A DNA stretch of 64,000 nt from the human T2T-CHM13v2.0 reference genome, Homo sapiens (GCF_009914755.1 NC_060925.1); one strand, 5' to 3'. Positions 41,813 through 58,621 are shown, counted from the first letter of the stretch. Notes: generated by a model from the sequence alone, not told the origin. Made by a program: numbers and translations.

Positions 41813-44577
41813 AAATTTTTAAGCAAAAGTAAAAAGTGCCAGTTACTGAGTCAAGACCATGAGGCAGAAACAAACTTCTGCCTATCGGTGAATTCTTGCC
41901 TTAATCTGTAGTTAGAAGGTGTTAGTGATGATTCCCAGTTTTGAATTATTTCTTGGGATGGACATGTTGCATATACTAGATCAAATAAAACAGTATATGT
42001 GTATATGTACTACAGCTATATCTATCTACATAGATATATACACACATATATACTTTTTTCCTGTAAATGAAATCAACAAAAGTAGGTGTAATTAAATCAC
42101 CAGAGTTTCCTTCAGTTTGACCAATGTATATTTCCAGCATTACCTGCTGATAACCAGTGTGTTGGACTGATTGCCAATGGGACCCTTGTTTCTGAGAAGG
42201 GTTTCAGAGGGAGACTGGCTACCAGTTGCCAAGAACACATTCCATCCTAGGCATGTTTAGAATCTGCAATACAGTATATGATAACTAGGACAAATATAAC
42301 ACACAGGGGGACAGACAGCATGATTTCTGAAAGAGGAAAATATGCCTAACTAATGACAGCTAATGGAGAACCAATAGATATGACTATTTAGACCTTTAAA
42401 TAACCTTTGACAAGATTCTACAGAAAATTCTCTTAGGAATAATTGGCTATTTATCTAGTCACAGAAGTATTGAGAGTAAGGGATTCTCCACTTCCAGCGC
42501 AGGTCCTACCTATCTATCATCTATTCTAGTTATGTAATAATGATATAATAGCCAGTGAAATCACTGTTTGCACTGAGCTCCAAGCCCTTCTGGGTAATTA
42601 AAAGTTAAGCTAATTGGAATCCACTTCAGGCTGATCTTATGAAGCTGTGTGAAAGGGGCATTAACTGGTAGGTGAATTTCAACACAGGCAAGTAAGTGTA
42701 ATACATATAGTTAGGTAAAAATGATTCCTTCTCAACTGTGTATGAAGGACTCTTACCTTGCAGTTATCCAGAAAAGGGACTTGTCAATATCATATCTGTG
42801 CCAAGAAAGAACCCAGTGTGCAGCTACAGCTTGCATGGCATCATCAAAAACAGTTTAGAACCCAAGCATACACATTTCGTTTTATTTGTAGAAAACTGTG
42901 GTCTGTCTGCCCAGCTCTGTTCATTGTGCCTAAAGATATGAACTCAGATGAGGTCAGAAAAGGGTATCTGAGATAATTCAGATGACGAAGGAGTAGAGTT
43001 GCTATTTGTACACAGCTATTGTGGAAACAGCAGCTCTGCCCTCAGGGTATTCATGATTTCATTGCTGGTATACTGTACCCATGAAAGCAAGCCCGGTTAC
43101 CGGATGTTTCTCTTAGGAAGGAAATAACCTCCCATTTACCAAAAAGCTATTTCAGAATTTGTTATTTAATGTACTTAGATTTTTTTCATATTTTGTGAAG
43201 ATTTTTATGCCAATAATTAGTATTTGCTAAGTGAAGACGTTTAATATCAAATGAAAAGAAACTGGCTTTGTTAAAAACTATTCTTTTTATAATGGACAGA
43301 TAAAACATTTTTAACTTAAATGAAATGTCGTGTTAAAGACATACACTTTGTATGAAAAAAACAGCTGCATGTATTGATTATAAAATTATTTTAGAGAAAA
43401 TGAAAATTAAAGTGAAATATCCATACATACTCTCACTATCTTTGCTAATAATTATCTTCTTGGTGTGTTCCCCTTTTTTTCTAAATAGTTTCTTTTTGGA
43501 GGCATAATTATAATACAGTTATGTAGACTTCTCGTGCCTTCATTCCACTTAACATATATTTCTGTGTTGCTTATATAGTGTTTATAATTTTTAATTGTTG
43601 CATCATCTTTCAGTGAGTAGCTAAATCACTGAAAGTAATAATTTATTTACCATTTCCCTTCTGTGGCATAAATGTTATTTAATTTTTTTTAGCATAAATA
43701 ATTCTGGGGTGAACTTGGTGCATTTAACCTTTTTCATATTTTGGACTATTTTCGTAAGATACATTACAAGATATGGTATCATCTAGGTCAAAGGATTTCA
43801 ACATTTGTCTCTTCCTAGTTTTGCCAATATACTTTCCAGAATTTGTACCATTTTACTCTCTCTTCTCAGCATTGTATAAGAGTACTGGTTTCACTTCATC
43901 CCTCCCACCATTATAGAAAGATCTTTCTCCCTGCATAAAGTGCATTTTAAATTGCATTTTTTATCACTGGCAAGACCAAACATGTTTTTCATATGTATGC
44001 TATACTCTGTATTCTTAAGGTTACTTTGTGGTTTTGTTTTACATTTAGATGTTTATTTGATTTTAAAACTTAATTTTTGTTCTTCTAATCTGTAAACTTG
44101 AAATTAAGGTTTATTTTCTGACTGTTAAAAAAATGAATATTGAGAGGACCTATGATTGAATTTATGATATCACAAAGGACATAAGCTGAGTAAGATGAAC
44201 TTATTCACTAGTATACTGATATGAGGGGAGACCTCTCAAAGCATGGGCAAATTAAATTTGGGGCACAGGTGGGCAGCATACTGGTAAAATGTTTTAGCGT
44301 CTGTACATAGCCTCGACTGCAAATGTCAACAGTCATGAGTGGGTTAGGAGGGCGGGCGCCTAAGGTGTTTGGAAGACGCCTCGTACAGCATTGAGGCTAA
44401 TGTGGAAGAGGTCAACTCTCATGCTCCACACCAAGACACCGCCCCCCAAGCTTGTCAGACACTTACGTCAGAATCAATAGGGATTGGAGGTGTCCTTTTC
44501 GGACACTTGGAATTATGATTTATCCAACTATTAGTCACCTTGGGCCCTGTGTTCTTTGTCTTGTTAAATCATTATAG

Positions 44578-44664
44578 AAAGAAAAAGATGACAAGTGGAA
44601 AAGAGGGAGCGAACCAGTTCCAGAAAAAAAATTGGAACCTGTTGTTTTTGAGAAGGTGAAAATG
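44578..44664 (+). CDS. SMAP2: SMAP2 exon 5 ([29 protein letters not shown])
   Basis: Acceptor ttatag|AAA, donor ATG|gtaagt; 87 nt. Confidence 0.94.
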
Positions 44665-45720
44665 GTAAGTTGGGAAGTATTTGCACTGTATGGACAGCCT
44701 CAGGTATGTGTATATTTGTGAAAGGGAAAGTAGGAGGTCTCGTGGTGAGTACCATTGCACCATCACAGCTGGGGCTAAAGGGTTCTGCATCTGGATTGGA
44801 CTGCCTGCTATCATTTCTGCTCTCTCGTTACCAGTTGCTGCCTAAATCTGCTCTGTAAGGGCTTCGCTTTGGGGCCAGATGAGAACTCAGGAAATGCATC
44901 TGTTCCATCTAAGCAAGAGGCACATTCCAAGCCAGAATGCCAAGGCTGAGGGACACCATCTGAGCAGATGCTATTTCCACATTAGTCCTTCTCTTGTTAG
45001 ACCTTCTGTATCCCATTTTCTGATTTCAATGAAGAACAGTCCAGAAGTGAGGCCATATTAGTCCATTTTAAGTGATCCCTTCTTATGTTCTTGCTTTGTC
45101 ATGTTGAAACAGACACCCTTCTTTTTCCACAGGACATATTGTGGCTGTAGTAGTAGAATCTCTAACATAAAAACTTGGAATCTTGGGAGAGAGGACTTTA
45201 CTTACTATTGCTTAAGGAAGAGTCTTTTATCATCGTTCTGAATCACATTGTCTGTGGACACAATCACTAGTGATACTGGCAGAGTGAATTAGGTAATCTT
45301 TAAACCAACCTCCCTTTTGGTGTTAAAGTAAAAGGTTTTCTAACCACTGGGAGATTTGTTGGCTCTTGGCTCTTGTACCATCAGATACCTACCTTTATTC
45401 TTGGCTTTTCCTGGGACCAAAAACTGCTGCTTCTGTTGGATCCCCTGTTCTGTGGTTGTCTTGGTTTCAGAAAGATCTGTCTCTTTAGGACACCAGACAA
45501 TCACAGGCGATATCTTTGTTTTTCACTTTAGGTTTGGTTTATGCACTTCTGCCTCCTGACTTGATTCTTTCACCTAATACTTCCTGAGTTTTGTTTCTTT
45601 GGTAACTCTCTTTGAATAACAGCAGCCCTACCCACAAGAACACCGTGGCTTTACAGTGGAGATGGGAAAAGAGTTCAAAACCACCTGCTTATTTCTTTCT
45701 ATAACATATTTTCACCTTAG

Positions 45721-45802
45721 CCACAGAAAAAAGAAGACCCACAGCTACCTCGGAAAAGCTCCCCGAAATCCACAGCGCCTGTCATGGATTTGTTGGGCCT
45801 TG
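45721..45802 (+). CDS. SMAP2: SMAP2 exon 6 ([28 protein letters not shown])
   Basis: Acceptor caccttag|CCA, donor G|gtaaga; 82 nt; clathrin box LLGLD spans the junction with exon 7. Confidence 0.93.
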
Positions 45803-45994
45803 GTAAGAGTTGGACTTTTCAGCTTCCATGTTCTTACAAATTTTGATAAATTCTCAGTGACCCTGGAAGATAGGTAGAGATGGGGTTCTCCAGTTTTGTC
45901 TTCATTGCCAAGACTGTTCTCTCACATTCTTCCTGATCTGTTTTACATCTGAGCAGTTGCTCTAAGGAAGTGTTTACTGTGACACTTTTCAGAG

Positions 45995-46235
45995 CGACAG
46001 TGTGGTGTAGTGGTTAAGAGCATGGCCTTTGGAGCCAGTGTCGCTCTGTGTTACTTACTGTCTGTGTGACCATGGGTAGTTTACTTAACCTCTGAATGTT
46101 GCTTTCATAATCCGTGCAGTGAGAATGAGTCTCTACTTCAAAGGTGTTGTTGGAAGGATTAAATGAGATAATGCCTCTAAAGCTCTTAGCCCCATGCCTG
46201 GCACATACTGAGCCCTCCATAAATGTTAGCAGTTT
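45995..46235 (+). mobile_element. MIR SINE
   Basis: cagtgtggtgtagtggttaagagcatgg...tgtgtgaccatgggtagtttacttaacctctg...ggattaaatgagataatgc. Confidence 0.85.
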
Positions 46236-46833
46236 TGCTAAACAGCACCTTTGAGCCTCATGTCAATTCCCTGTACTCCACTCCCTGCCCCCATTCCTTT
46301 CATTTTTCAGATGCAACCTGTTTCTGAGATGGCCTGTGGTCATTTTTCTCCAAACCTTTGAAATCCTGAACTAGTGATTCTGCCCTTTCAGAAAGAAAGC
46401 CTGTTGTCTGCCTTTCACAGCACTGATGGTTGCACTTTGTTTCCATCCGCTTCTGCTGATTGAGGTTATTGGCTACTTAGGCTTCTAATTTCTGTACCTT
46501 TCCTTGCTCTCTGAAAATGAACCCTCCTCCATACCTTGCCCTTCAAATAGCCAGAAGGGAGCCAGCCAGCCCCCCACTGTGGTGCTGAAATACCCTTCAG
46601 GCCTGGGCGTCTGCTGCCCTGTGCCTGATAGCTGGGCTACAGGCTTCCCCAGAGCACTCTGGGAATGTGGGGTGAAGCCTCTTTTGAGAAGCCTCGTCCA
46701 TGCTAGATGGTTCCAGAAGTCTAGATTTCTAGGTCCATGAGCTTATGGGCCACCTTTGCTTTTTGTCTAGAATAGAAGGAAGGCATGGGCTTAATAAGCA
46801 GTGCTGCATCTTAACTTCGATCTCTCTTTCTAG

Positions 46834-46943
46834 ATGCTCCTGTGGCCTGCTCCATTGCAAATAGTAAGACCAGCAATACCCTAGAGAAGGATTTAGATCT
46901 GTTGGCCTCTGTTCCATCCCCTTCTTCTTCGGGTTCCAGAAAG
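46834..46943 (+). CDS. SMAP2: SMAP2 exon 7 ([37 protein letters not shown])
   Basis: Acceptor ctttctag|AT, donor AAG|gtgagt; 110 nt; DLL motif. Confidence 0.95.
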
Positions 46944-47737
46944 GTGAGTCTTGTGGGCTCCTCAGGATTAAAGAACATTCTGAAATGGGTGATTTTGATA
47001 TCTTAATCATGGAACCACGTCATGCTTCCTTGGTGGAGTTGGACTTTGGTTTTCTTGATTCTTCATTCTTCCCTTAACATTGTGTCATTTCTGTCACAGT
47101 CTAAGATTGCTGTTCATGCCTTTTTTTCTCCTGCTCAAAAAGGGTGGGCCATTTGAGTTGCTTCTCTGGAAAGTGTGTGATACTGTGAAGGCTGATACTT
47201 GAGGCTAGCTCCTCGGCCTGAGTTACTGCCAGAAAATTGTAGGTAGGAAAGACTTGAAACCTTTAATGGCTACCATTCGTGAAACGCCTGCTATGTCTCA
47301 GGCACAGTGTGAGGTGGTTTTTGTATATCATTTTGTATATTTCATTAATAATTTCACTCCTTCACCACAAACCTGCAAAGTGGAAATTTTACAGATGTGG
47401 AGACATTAGTTTGTAAAAGTTATGTGACTAGCCTGTGGTTATACTAGTAAATGGCTACACTGGGGTCTAAACTCAGTTCCCTCTGCTGCATCATTTGTGG
47501 GTTGTTTTGTTTGTTTGTTCCTACCAAATCACATGTTTTGGTGAAAGGAAAGAATTGTAACAGAGCTTAATTATCAGGTGTGTTCAGATAGTTGAATGGT
47601 AAAAATGTTAGGAAGCTATTAACTTGAGCCATGAATTCTTATTGCAGATGTTAGGAGCAGCAGAGAGGGAAGGGAGACCCTTAAAGAGACCCCCATGAGA
47701 ACCATTTCAATTCTCCCCCCGCCCTCTTTGCCCTAAG

Positions 47738-47903
47738 GTTGTAGGTTCCATGCCAACTGCAGGGAGTGCCGGCTCTGTTCCTGAAAATCTGAACCTGTTT
47801 CCGGAGCCAGGGAGCAAATCAGAAGAAATAGGCAAGAAACAGCTCTCTAAAGACTCCATTCTTTCACTGTATGGATCCCAGACGCCTCAAATGCCTACTC
47901 AAG
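47738..47903 (+). CDS. SMAP2: SMAP2 exon 8 ([12 protein letters not shown]...[22 protein letters not shown])
   Basis: Acceptor ccctaag|GTT (required for frame), donor AAG|gtagat; 166 nt; KDSILSLY motif. Confidence 0.92.
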
Positions 47904-48341
47904 GTAGATTTCATGGGTGTCATGGCCATGTGCCAGGTAGAGACATGAGGGCTTCCATGCAGGAATTATTTATTGTGACAGAGGACAGTTGCTTTGGGGG
48001 CCAGGATGTCATACACCAAACAAACCTGAACATGACCAACGTATCAGCAGATGGAAATTAATGTAACTCAGAGTCATACTTCTGTGGAGTCTGGGGTCAC
48101 AATTCGGTGAAGTCTAGCTCAAGGTCTGGATCTGGACCCTAAAGGGAAAATGGCTCGGTCAGCAGCCCATTGGTAAGCTATAGCAGGCCTCGTAGGGACT
48201 CTAACTACTTTGCTGTGTAAAGAGCATTGTGAGTAGAGTAATCCTGAGAAATTCCAGCTGGAAAGGGTTAGCCAGGGAGAGTTCGGGCTGACTTTATGTT
48301 TTTCCCTCTTTAACCAACCTGTATGTGTGTTTTCTTGGCAG

Positions 48342-48658
48342 CAATGTTCATGGCTCCCGCTCAGATGGCATATCCCACAGCCTACCCCAGCTTCCCCGGG
48401 GTTACACCTCCTAACAGCATAATGGGGAGCATGATGCCTCCACCAGTAGGCATGGTTGCTCAGCCAGGAGCTTCTGGGATGGTTGCCCCCATGGCCATGC
48501 CTGCAGGCTATATGGGTGGCATGCAGGCATCAATGATGGGTGTGCCGAATGGAATGATGACCACCCAGCAGGCTGGCTACATGGCAGGCATGGCAGCTAT
48601 GCCCCAGACTGTGTATGGGGTCCAGCCAGCTCAGCAGCTGCAATGGAACCTTACTCAG
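48342..48658 (+). CDS. SMAP2: SMAP2 exon 9 (Met/Gly/Pro/Gln-rich region)
   Basis: Acceptor ttggcag|CA, donor CAG|gtaagc; 317 nt. Confidence 0.96.
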
Positions 48659-48849
48659 GTAAGCTACCCCATTTTACTTGCAGCAAGAGTTTTGAGCCTT
48701 CCTCAAGTTTTTCTCGGTTTGTACCTCTCCACTATCCTTTGAATCCTTTCCATGTAGATGAGATAATGTAAGAGACATTGTTAGGTTTGCTTTTTTTTTT
48801 TTTTTTTTTCCTAGAAGGTCTGTCTAAAGTCAGACTTTCTGAGGAGTTC

Positions 48850-52790
<3,941 letters not shown>

Positions 52791-53536
52791 ATAATAGTTT
52801 CTCCTAAAGAAAAATAACTTATATAGAAAATTTACTAGGCTTAGGAAATTCAAGGCATTTTTCTCCATAAAGTATTTTTCTGTTCACTGCTAGGGGCCAG
52901 TCTTTCCATCAGATTCATGAAGGACCCCCGCCCCATCCTGCCCCAGGCCTTATTCCACTGACTGTTTTCTCCCAGCTCCTTCCCTTCTTATACACTGAAG
53001 ACACATTAGTCTTCCCCCGCCCCCGCCCCGCCACCGCCTTTGTTCATTCTGAACAGTCCAGTTCCTTTTTTTCCCCCTTGTGCAAACGAGCAAGCCTGCT
53101 CAAGCGCTTTCCCTGACACTGACAGTAATAGCTGTGCTGAAGATGAGGCGGGAGCACTGGGGAGGGGGCTTTCCTTTCAGCTTTTAGGATTGGCCAGGCA
53201 AGTTAACAATAGGCCCCTTCTATTTAGGATGAGGGACTGGAAAGGAAAAAGAGAGGAACTCATGCTGATTTTCTGTCGACTAGATCCAGATGCCAGGATG
53301 CCTTCTTTCCCTCCCTGAGCTTTAGTCTCCGTCAGCATTGCACTCCCAAAAGGTCATTCACGTACGTGGCCTTGAAATGATCTGACTGCTAAGGTCCAGG
53401 GTTTACTGTCCATAACAGAGTTTCCCTTTGTCTCATTCTCCCCATCCTGGCAGAGAAAGGGACTCTCACCCTGCCTTTTGCACTAATTGGCGGAATGCCC
53501 ACAGCCTGGTCTGAAAGTCTCCTCTCTCCCTTTCAG

Positions 53537-53662
53537 ATGACCCAGCAGATGGCTGGGATGAACTTCTATGGAGCCAATGGCATGATGAACTATGGACAGT
53601 CAATGAGTGGCGGAAATGGACAGGCAGCAAATCAGACTCTCAGTCCTCAGATGTGGAAATAA
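53537..53662 (+). CDS. SMAP2: SMAP2 exon 10 coding part ([41 protein letters not shown])
   Basis: Acceptor ccctttcag|ATG; stop TAA at 53660-53662. Confidence 0.96.
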
Positions 53663-54443
53663 AAACAAAACACCTGTATGGCTGCCATTCTCTTCAGCCC
53701 TCGCTCTCCCCTTTCCACAGCCTCCACCCCTGACCCCCATCCTCTTTTCCTACCTCTCTGTTTGGTTTAGAAATTGCTCAATAAGTCATTTGGGGTTTGG
53801 CATCCTGCCCAGCCACTTCCCAAACATGAAGACCTCTCTGTTGCTTTATGTTGTACATGCCCCATAGCCATCCCAACGTCCTCCCCAGTCCTCTCCTGGC
53901 ACCAGCACCTTAGAAGTTGTTGGCAGAAGGCACTTAAACTGTGGGAGAAGTGTGCACACCTTTGAGTCCCTTCCCTCAAGGTTAAAGCTCCTGTCAGACT
54001 CTCAGAAGGGTCTGTGGGTGTTGTATATTAGGCAAACAGGGGAAAGCTTAGAGGTCCTTCTATATGTGTTAATAAGCTGTTTCTAAGTGTTTAAATTTGA
54101 AAAGCATCATGTTCTCATGATTTATGGGAATGAAGCAAGTACTGAAATCAAATTAAATACTCCCTGGGTCCTGGGTCAGTTTGACCCTAGCCCTGGGGTG
54201 AGGCAAGCCCCCTCCTATGAGGATGAGCAAAAATACTACTCTCTTCGCCCTGAGTTGCTTTCTGGATCTGGGGCTTCAGGACTTGCTGCTTCAGTCAGCC
54301 TTTATTAGCACCAAAGACTTTATGAAGATCCCACACACAGACACACATCCCTTCCCGCCTCCCCCCTGCCTTCAGTAGGATCTGGCTCCGTGGCTGGAGG
54401 ACCAACCCCTATAGTGGGAATGCAGAGCTTAACGTGTACTGCT

Positions 54444-54484
54444 TGTGTGTGTGCGTGAGTGTGTGTGTGTGTATGAGTGTGTGT
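54444..54484 (+). repeat. Interrupted (GT)n in the 3' UTR
   Basis: Directly visible. Confidence 0.85.
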
Positions 54485-54865
54485 TCCGCCTCCCACCCTC
54501 TCCCCATCTGCTCTGGGTATTTTTGTTTTTGTTTAGTTTTAGGTTTACAACAGAGAGGAATTAATTTATCAGCAGCCTAAAACTGTTGTGTTTTTCTTAT
54601 GGTTTAAAAAACGCCATGTCATTGATAACTCCCTTTCTCCCTTCCCTTCTCCCGGTCTGCTGATCACTCTTTCATGCCTGTGTATCCAGGGTGCTCTGTT
54701 TCCCCACCGTTCCCAGGTGTACGAGGCAGAGGGCCGGGACAGCTTTCCTCTCAGTCATTGTTCACCCCACTTGAAAATTCAGACAAGAAAACTTTGCTTA
54801 AAAGATTTCATGTGTGGGAACCACAGTTCCTGGCTGCCTTTCTCCTGTGTATGTGTAAATTCCTT

Positions 54866-54871
54866 AATAAA
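54866..54871 (+). terminator. SMAP2: SMAP2 polyadenylation signal AATAAA
   Basis: Upstream TGTA elements (tgtgtatgtgtaaat) and downstream GU/U-rich ctgtttgcttgg; gives a ~1.2-kb 3' UTR. Confidence 0.8.
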
Positions 54872-55789
54872 TATTGCAGGGAAGGACTGTTTGCTTGGCC
54901 ATTACTGTGCGTCACTCTTGGAGGAGGGTGCGTTACACTTAGGTTTTCTGTTTTCCAAAGGCAATTGTTTCACTTCCTGTATTTTAGAAAATTCTGTACT
55001 TCTCATACCCAAGGGTGAGGCCCAGGCTCCAGCAGTCAGAAAGGGGGCCTCTCTCCACTGGCATCTAGAGCTGTGAGCTGAGAGAACTCCAGAGATCAGC
55101 ACCTTCTAGAGTCACAGAGCATCAGAGCGGCATGCTTTCCCCCCACAGGTGGAGAAACTGAGACACGGAGAAAGGACATGGTTGGCAAATGTCCACTAGA
55201 GAACCCTGGGCAGAACCGGCAGTAGCCTCCAAGTGTCTGGATTTCCAGCCCCTTGTTCTTTCCCTATACCATGGCAATTAAGTAGTGAGTTGAAATTCCT
55301 CTCTGCCAAGAGAGCAGTAGCTTTGGCTGGTAAAGGTAACTCACCCCTCTCTGAGCTATCAGAACTGGACCTTCCGTATCAGTGTCAGGAATTAGGACAC
55401 TCAATCCTGGGGGCAGTACGAAATACAAAAGGCCGAAGACCATCTTTAGTGCATTTCCTGCTCCCTTTGACTCCTTTTCTGCTCTCAACAAATGTGATCC
55501 TTGGACCCTTCCTCCCTTCTTTCCTTTGAGTACACCCTTTGAGTCCTTAAAGATGTAAGTGGGAGGACAGCACAGTGACTAGGAAAGTTGGCTCTGGGTC
55601 AGGCTGCCAGTGTTCCTATCCCTTCCTACGCTGGGACCTGAGCAAATTACTGAACTCCTGTGTCCAGGTAAAATGGGGACAATGGTAATACTTAGGATAG
55701 TAAGAAGCAGTTCCTGTGGTATATTTAGCACACTACTGGGCACTTACTAAGCACTCAGATATTAGCAGGTATTACGTGCCAGATCTGTG

Positions 55790-57080
55790 TTAGGCAGTAG
55801 CTCATTTGACAAACATTTAATAAGTGTCAGTAATGTGCCAAAGAATGTTTTAGGCTCTAGAGACAAAGCAGTGAATAAAAACTGTCCAATCTCATAGGAT
55901 AGTGTGGTAGGAGAAATGCATAATAAACAAATAGATTTAATTCAGACAGTATAAGACAAGGGGAGAGAGTGGGCACGGGGCCATTTGGATGGAGTGGTCA
56001 GGAGAAGGTTACATTTGGACTGAGACCTAAATAAGCAGCCAGTCCGTAGAGATCTGGAAAGAGTTGGAAATAGTTTGGGGGCATCAGTTTGGGAATCATG
56101 AGGGTACGGGTGTTATGTAAAGCTATGAGACCGGTTGAAGTCACTTGAGAAAATAGAAGAGAACTGAGTCTTGGAACCCATCAGCATTTAGAGTTTGGGA
56201 AGGATAAATAGATGAATCTGAGATAGTTTCTGCTTTTAAGAAGCTCATGGTCTCATGGGGCAGCAAATTTATAATTTCTTTTTTTCGTTTTGTTTTTGAG
56301 ACAGGGTCTCGCTCTGTCGCCCAAGCTGGAGTGCAGTGGTGTGATCATGGCTCACTGCAGCCTTGACCTCCTGGGCTTAAGCTATCCTCCAACTTCAGCC
56401 TCCCCAAGTAGCTGGGGCCAAAGGCGTGCACCACCACACTGGGCTAATTTTTTTTGGAGAGACAGGGTCTCCCTATGTTGCCTAAGCTGGTCTCAAGCTC
56501 CTGGGCTCAAGTGATCCTCCCACATCGTCCCCCGATAGTGCTGGGATTACAGGCATGAGCCACTGTGTCCGGCCTGTAATTTCCTATGCAGGTGGATTAT
56601 GGGAGCTGAGGTGAGGGGGGACTTAGCCCAGTCAGGAAAACTTCCTGAAGAGAGTGGCACTTGAGCTGAGCCTTAAAGGGAGAAGTAACAGTTAACCAGT
56701 GAATTGGTGTGGAGAAGAATATTCCAGACAAATAGTGTTATGTGAATAAAGATACAGAAACCTACAAGAGCATGGAACATTTTGGGAGGCACAAACGTAT
56801 GTCTAGGGTATGATGGGAGTGTGGTGTGCTGTGGGAGAGGTGGAGCTGGACCAGGTCAGGGGCCTTTCCACACCCTATGAAGGAGTTTAGCCTGAAGTAT
56901 GAGTGGTGGAGAGACTTGGTAGGTTTGCGTTTTAGGTAGCTCACTCTTGCATCACTGTGAACAGCACGTTTGAGGAAGCAAGACCAGAGCTAGGGAACCA
57001 GAGATGGGAAGAGCTGACCTAGGGCCGTGGTGGCAGGGGTAGGGGAGAATGGAGGGGCTTAGAATAGCAGTTAGTGATTG
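55790..57080 (-). mobile_element. L2 fragments, interrupted by an Alu
   Basis: catttgacaaacatttaataagtg..., ggaaaacttcctgaagag..ttgagctgagccttaaagg. Confidence 0.55.
56276..56575 (-). mobile_element. Alu (AluJ)
   Basis: Antisense dimer with AluJ diagnostics. Confidence 0.88.
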
Positions 57081-57336
57081 ATCATGAGGCATGTGAGATG
57101 CTAAAAGGTGTTCCACAGAAATGCTAAACTAAGCATGGAAAAGACTGTTATATCACCTCATATCTAGAATATAATATCTACATAGTAATCTCTTTGAAAA
57201 GTCCTGTAGTAGACTTTTTTCATAGTTTTCTAGCACTTACCAACACTTATTTTACCACGGAGTCAATTTTTCTGGTATATCTAATAACCATAGAATACTA
57301 TTTGTGGGAAAAGCAACCAGAAGAATACTTTAGGAC

Positions 57337-57845
57337 AGGAGTGTCCTATCTTTTGGCTTCCCTGGGCCACATTGGAAGAAGAACTGTCTTGGGCCACACA
57401 TAAAATACTGATAAAATGTGATATCTGATGAGCTAAAAAAAAAAAATCGTAATTTTTTTGTTGTTTGTTTTGTTTGCCTGTTTTGTAGAGATGGAGTCTC
57501 ACTCTGTCACCCAGGCTGGCTCTTGGCTCACTGCAACCTCTGCCTCCTGGGTTCAAGCAATTCTGCCTCAGCCTCCCGAGTAGCTGAGACTACAGGTGCA
57601 TGCCGCCACACCCAGCTAATTTCTTTTGTATTTTAGTAGAGACGGGGTTTCACCGTGTTGCCCAGGCTGATCTTGAACTCCTGAGCTCAGGTAATCCGCC
57701 CACTTCAGCCTCCCAAGGTGCTAGGATTACAGGTGTGAGCCACCACCCCTGGCCCTCATAATGTTTTACGAATTTGTGTTGGTCCTCATTCAAAGCCATC
57801 CTGGGCCGAATGCGGACTGCGGGCCGAGGGCTAGACAAGGTGCTT
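57337..57845. mobile_element. MER30 (hAT-Charlie) interrupted by an Alu (57452-57754, minus strand)
   Basis: caggagtgtcctatcttttggcttccctgggccacattggaagaagaa ... attcaaagccatcctgggccg..gcgggccg..gacaag. Confidence 0.8.
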
Positions 57846-57849
57846 TAGG

Positions 57850-58560
57850 AGGTAGAGTTGGGAGGTGTCAGTATTGGACAAGATGTGGGATGGAGAGAGA
57901 GGAAGCAGTCAAATCTCCCATGTTTCTAGATTATGTCAAAGAATTTACAGAAGGAAGAGAAGCTGGCTTTTCTCTCTAGGAGGGAAGAAGTAGATAATTA
58001 GGAGTTTGGTTTTAGGCTTGTTGAAATTGGATTGCCTGTGTTATATCCAGGTCTGGTTGACCAGCTGGAAATTGGATTTAAGAGTCTGAAGTTCAAGGAA
58101 GAGGTCAGGCTGGAGAAATTAATTTGTGAGTTAGCCCATGGGGTGGTAATTGATACCATAGGAGATGGATAGGAATCACATAGGGTGGGTTTGTAAAATA
58201 ACAGCAGTGGGCTGGGACAATTTGTGGGGAAATATTTATTTTTAATAGAAGCTAAGGAGGAAAGGCCCAAGAAGGAGAGGAGATGGAACGGGGATGAGGA
58301 GGAATAGTCAGAAAGTTATGCAAAACAAAACAAAACTCTAGGAAAGTACAATGTCAAGGAACCCTAGGAACTATAATATCTAGAAAAAGGGATGATCGCA
58401 AACATCAAATCAGCAGGAAAATCTAGTGAGATAAGGATTGGTAAAAGGACTACTGAATTTAGCATTTGGAAACTGTAAACTTCAGTTGGAGTGGTAGCGC
58501 CAGAAACCAGATTATAGCGAGTTGAAGGGTGAATTGAAGCAGTTGTAAAGTAGAGAAACA
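57850..58560 (-). mobile_element. L2 fragment
   Basis: ggagtttggttttagg.ttgttgaa..., gttcaaggaagaggtcaggctggaga, gaatttagcat, gaaaccagattatag. Confidence 0.55.
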
Positions 58561-58621
58561 GGCTCTGTAAAATTAAATATACCTGGTAAGATTTAAGGGT
58601 TACCCTTAAGAATAGAAATAG

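Noticed and set aside
54860-54880. TTCCTTAAT...CAG resembling a U12 branch site and acceptor
   Set aside because: Overlaps the poly(A) signal, and I saw no U12 donor upstream in the UTR.
54588-55076. 162-aa ORF
   Set aside because: Non-ATG start, crosses the SMAP2 poly(A) site, no recognisable domain.
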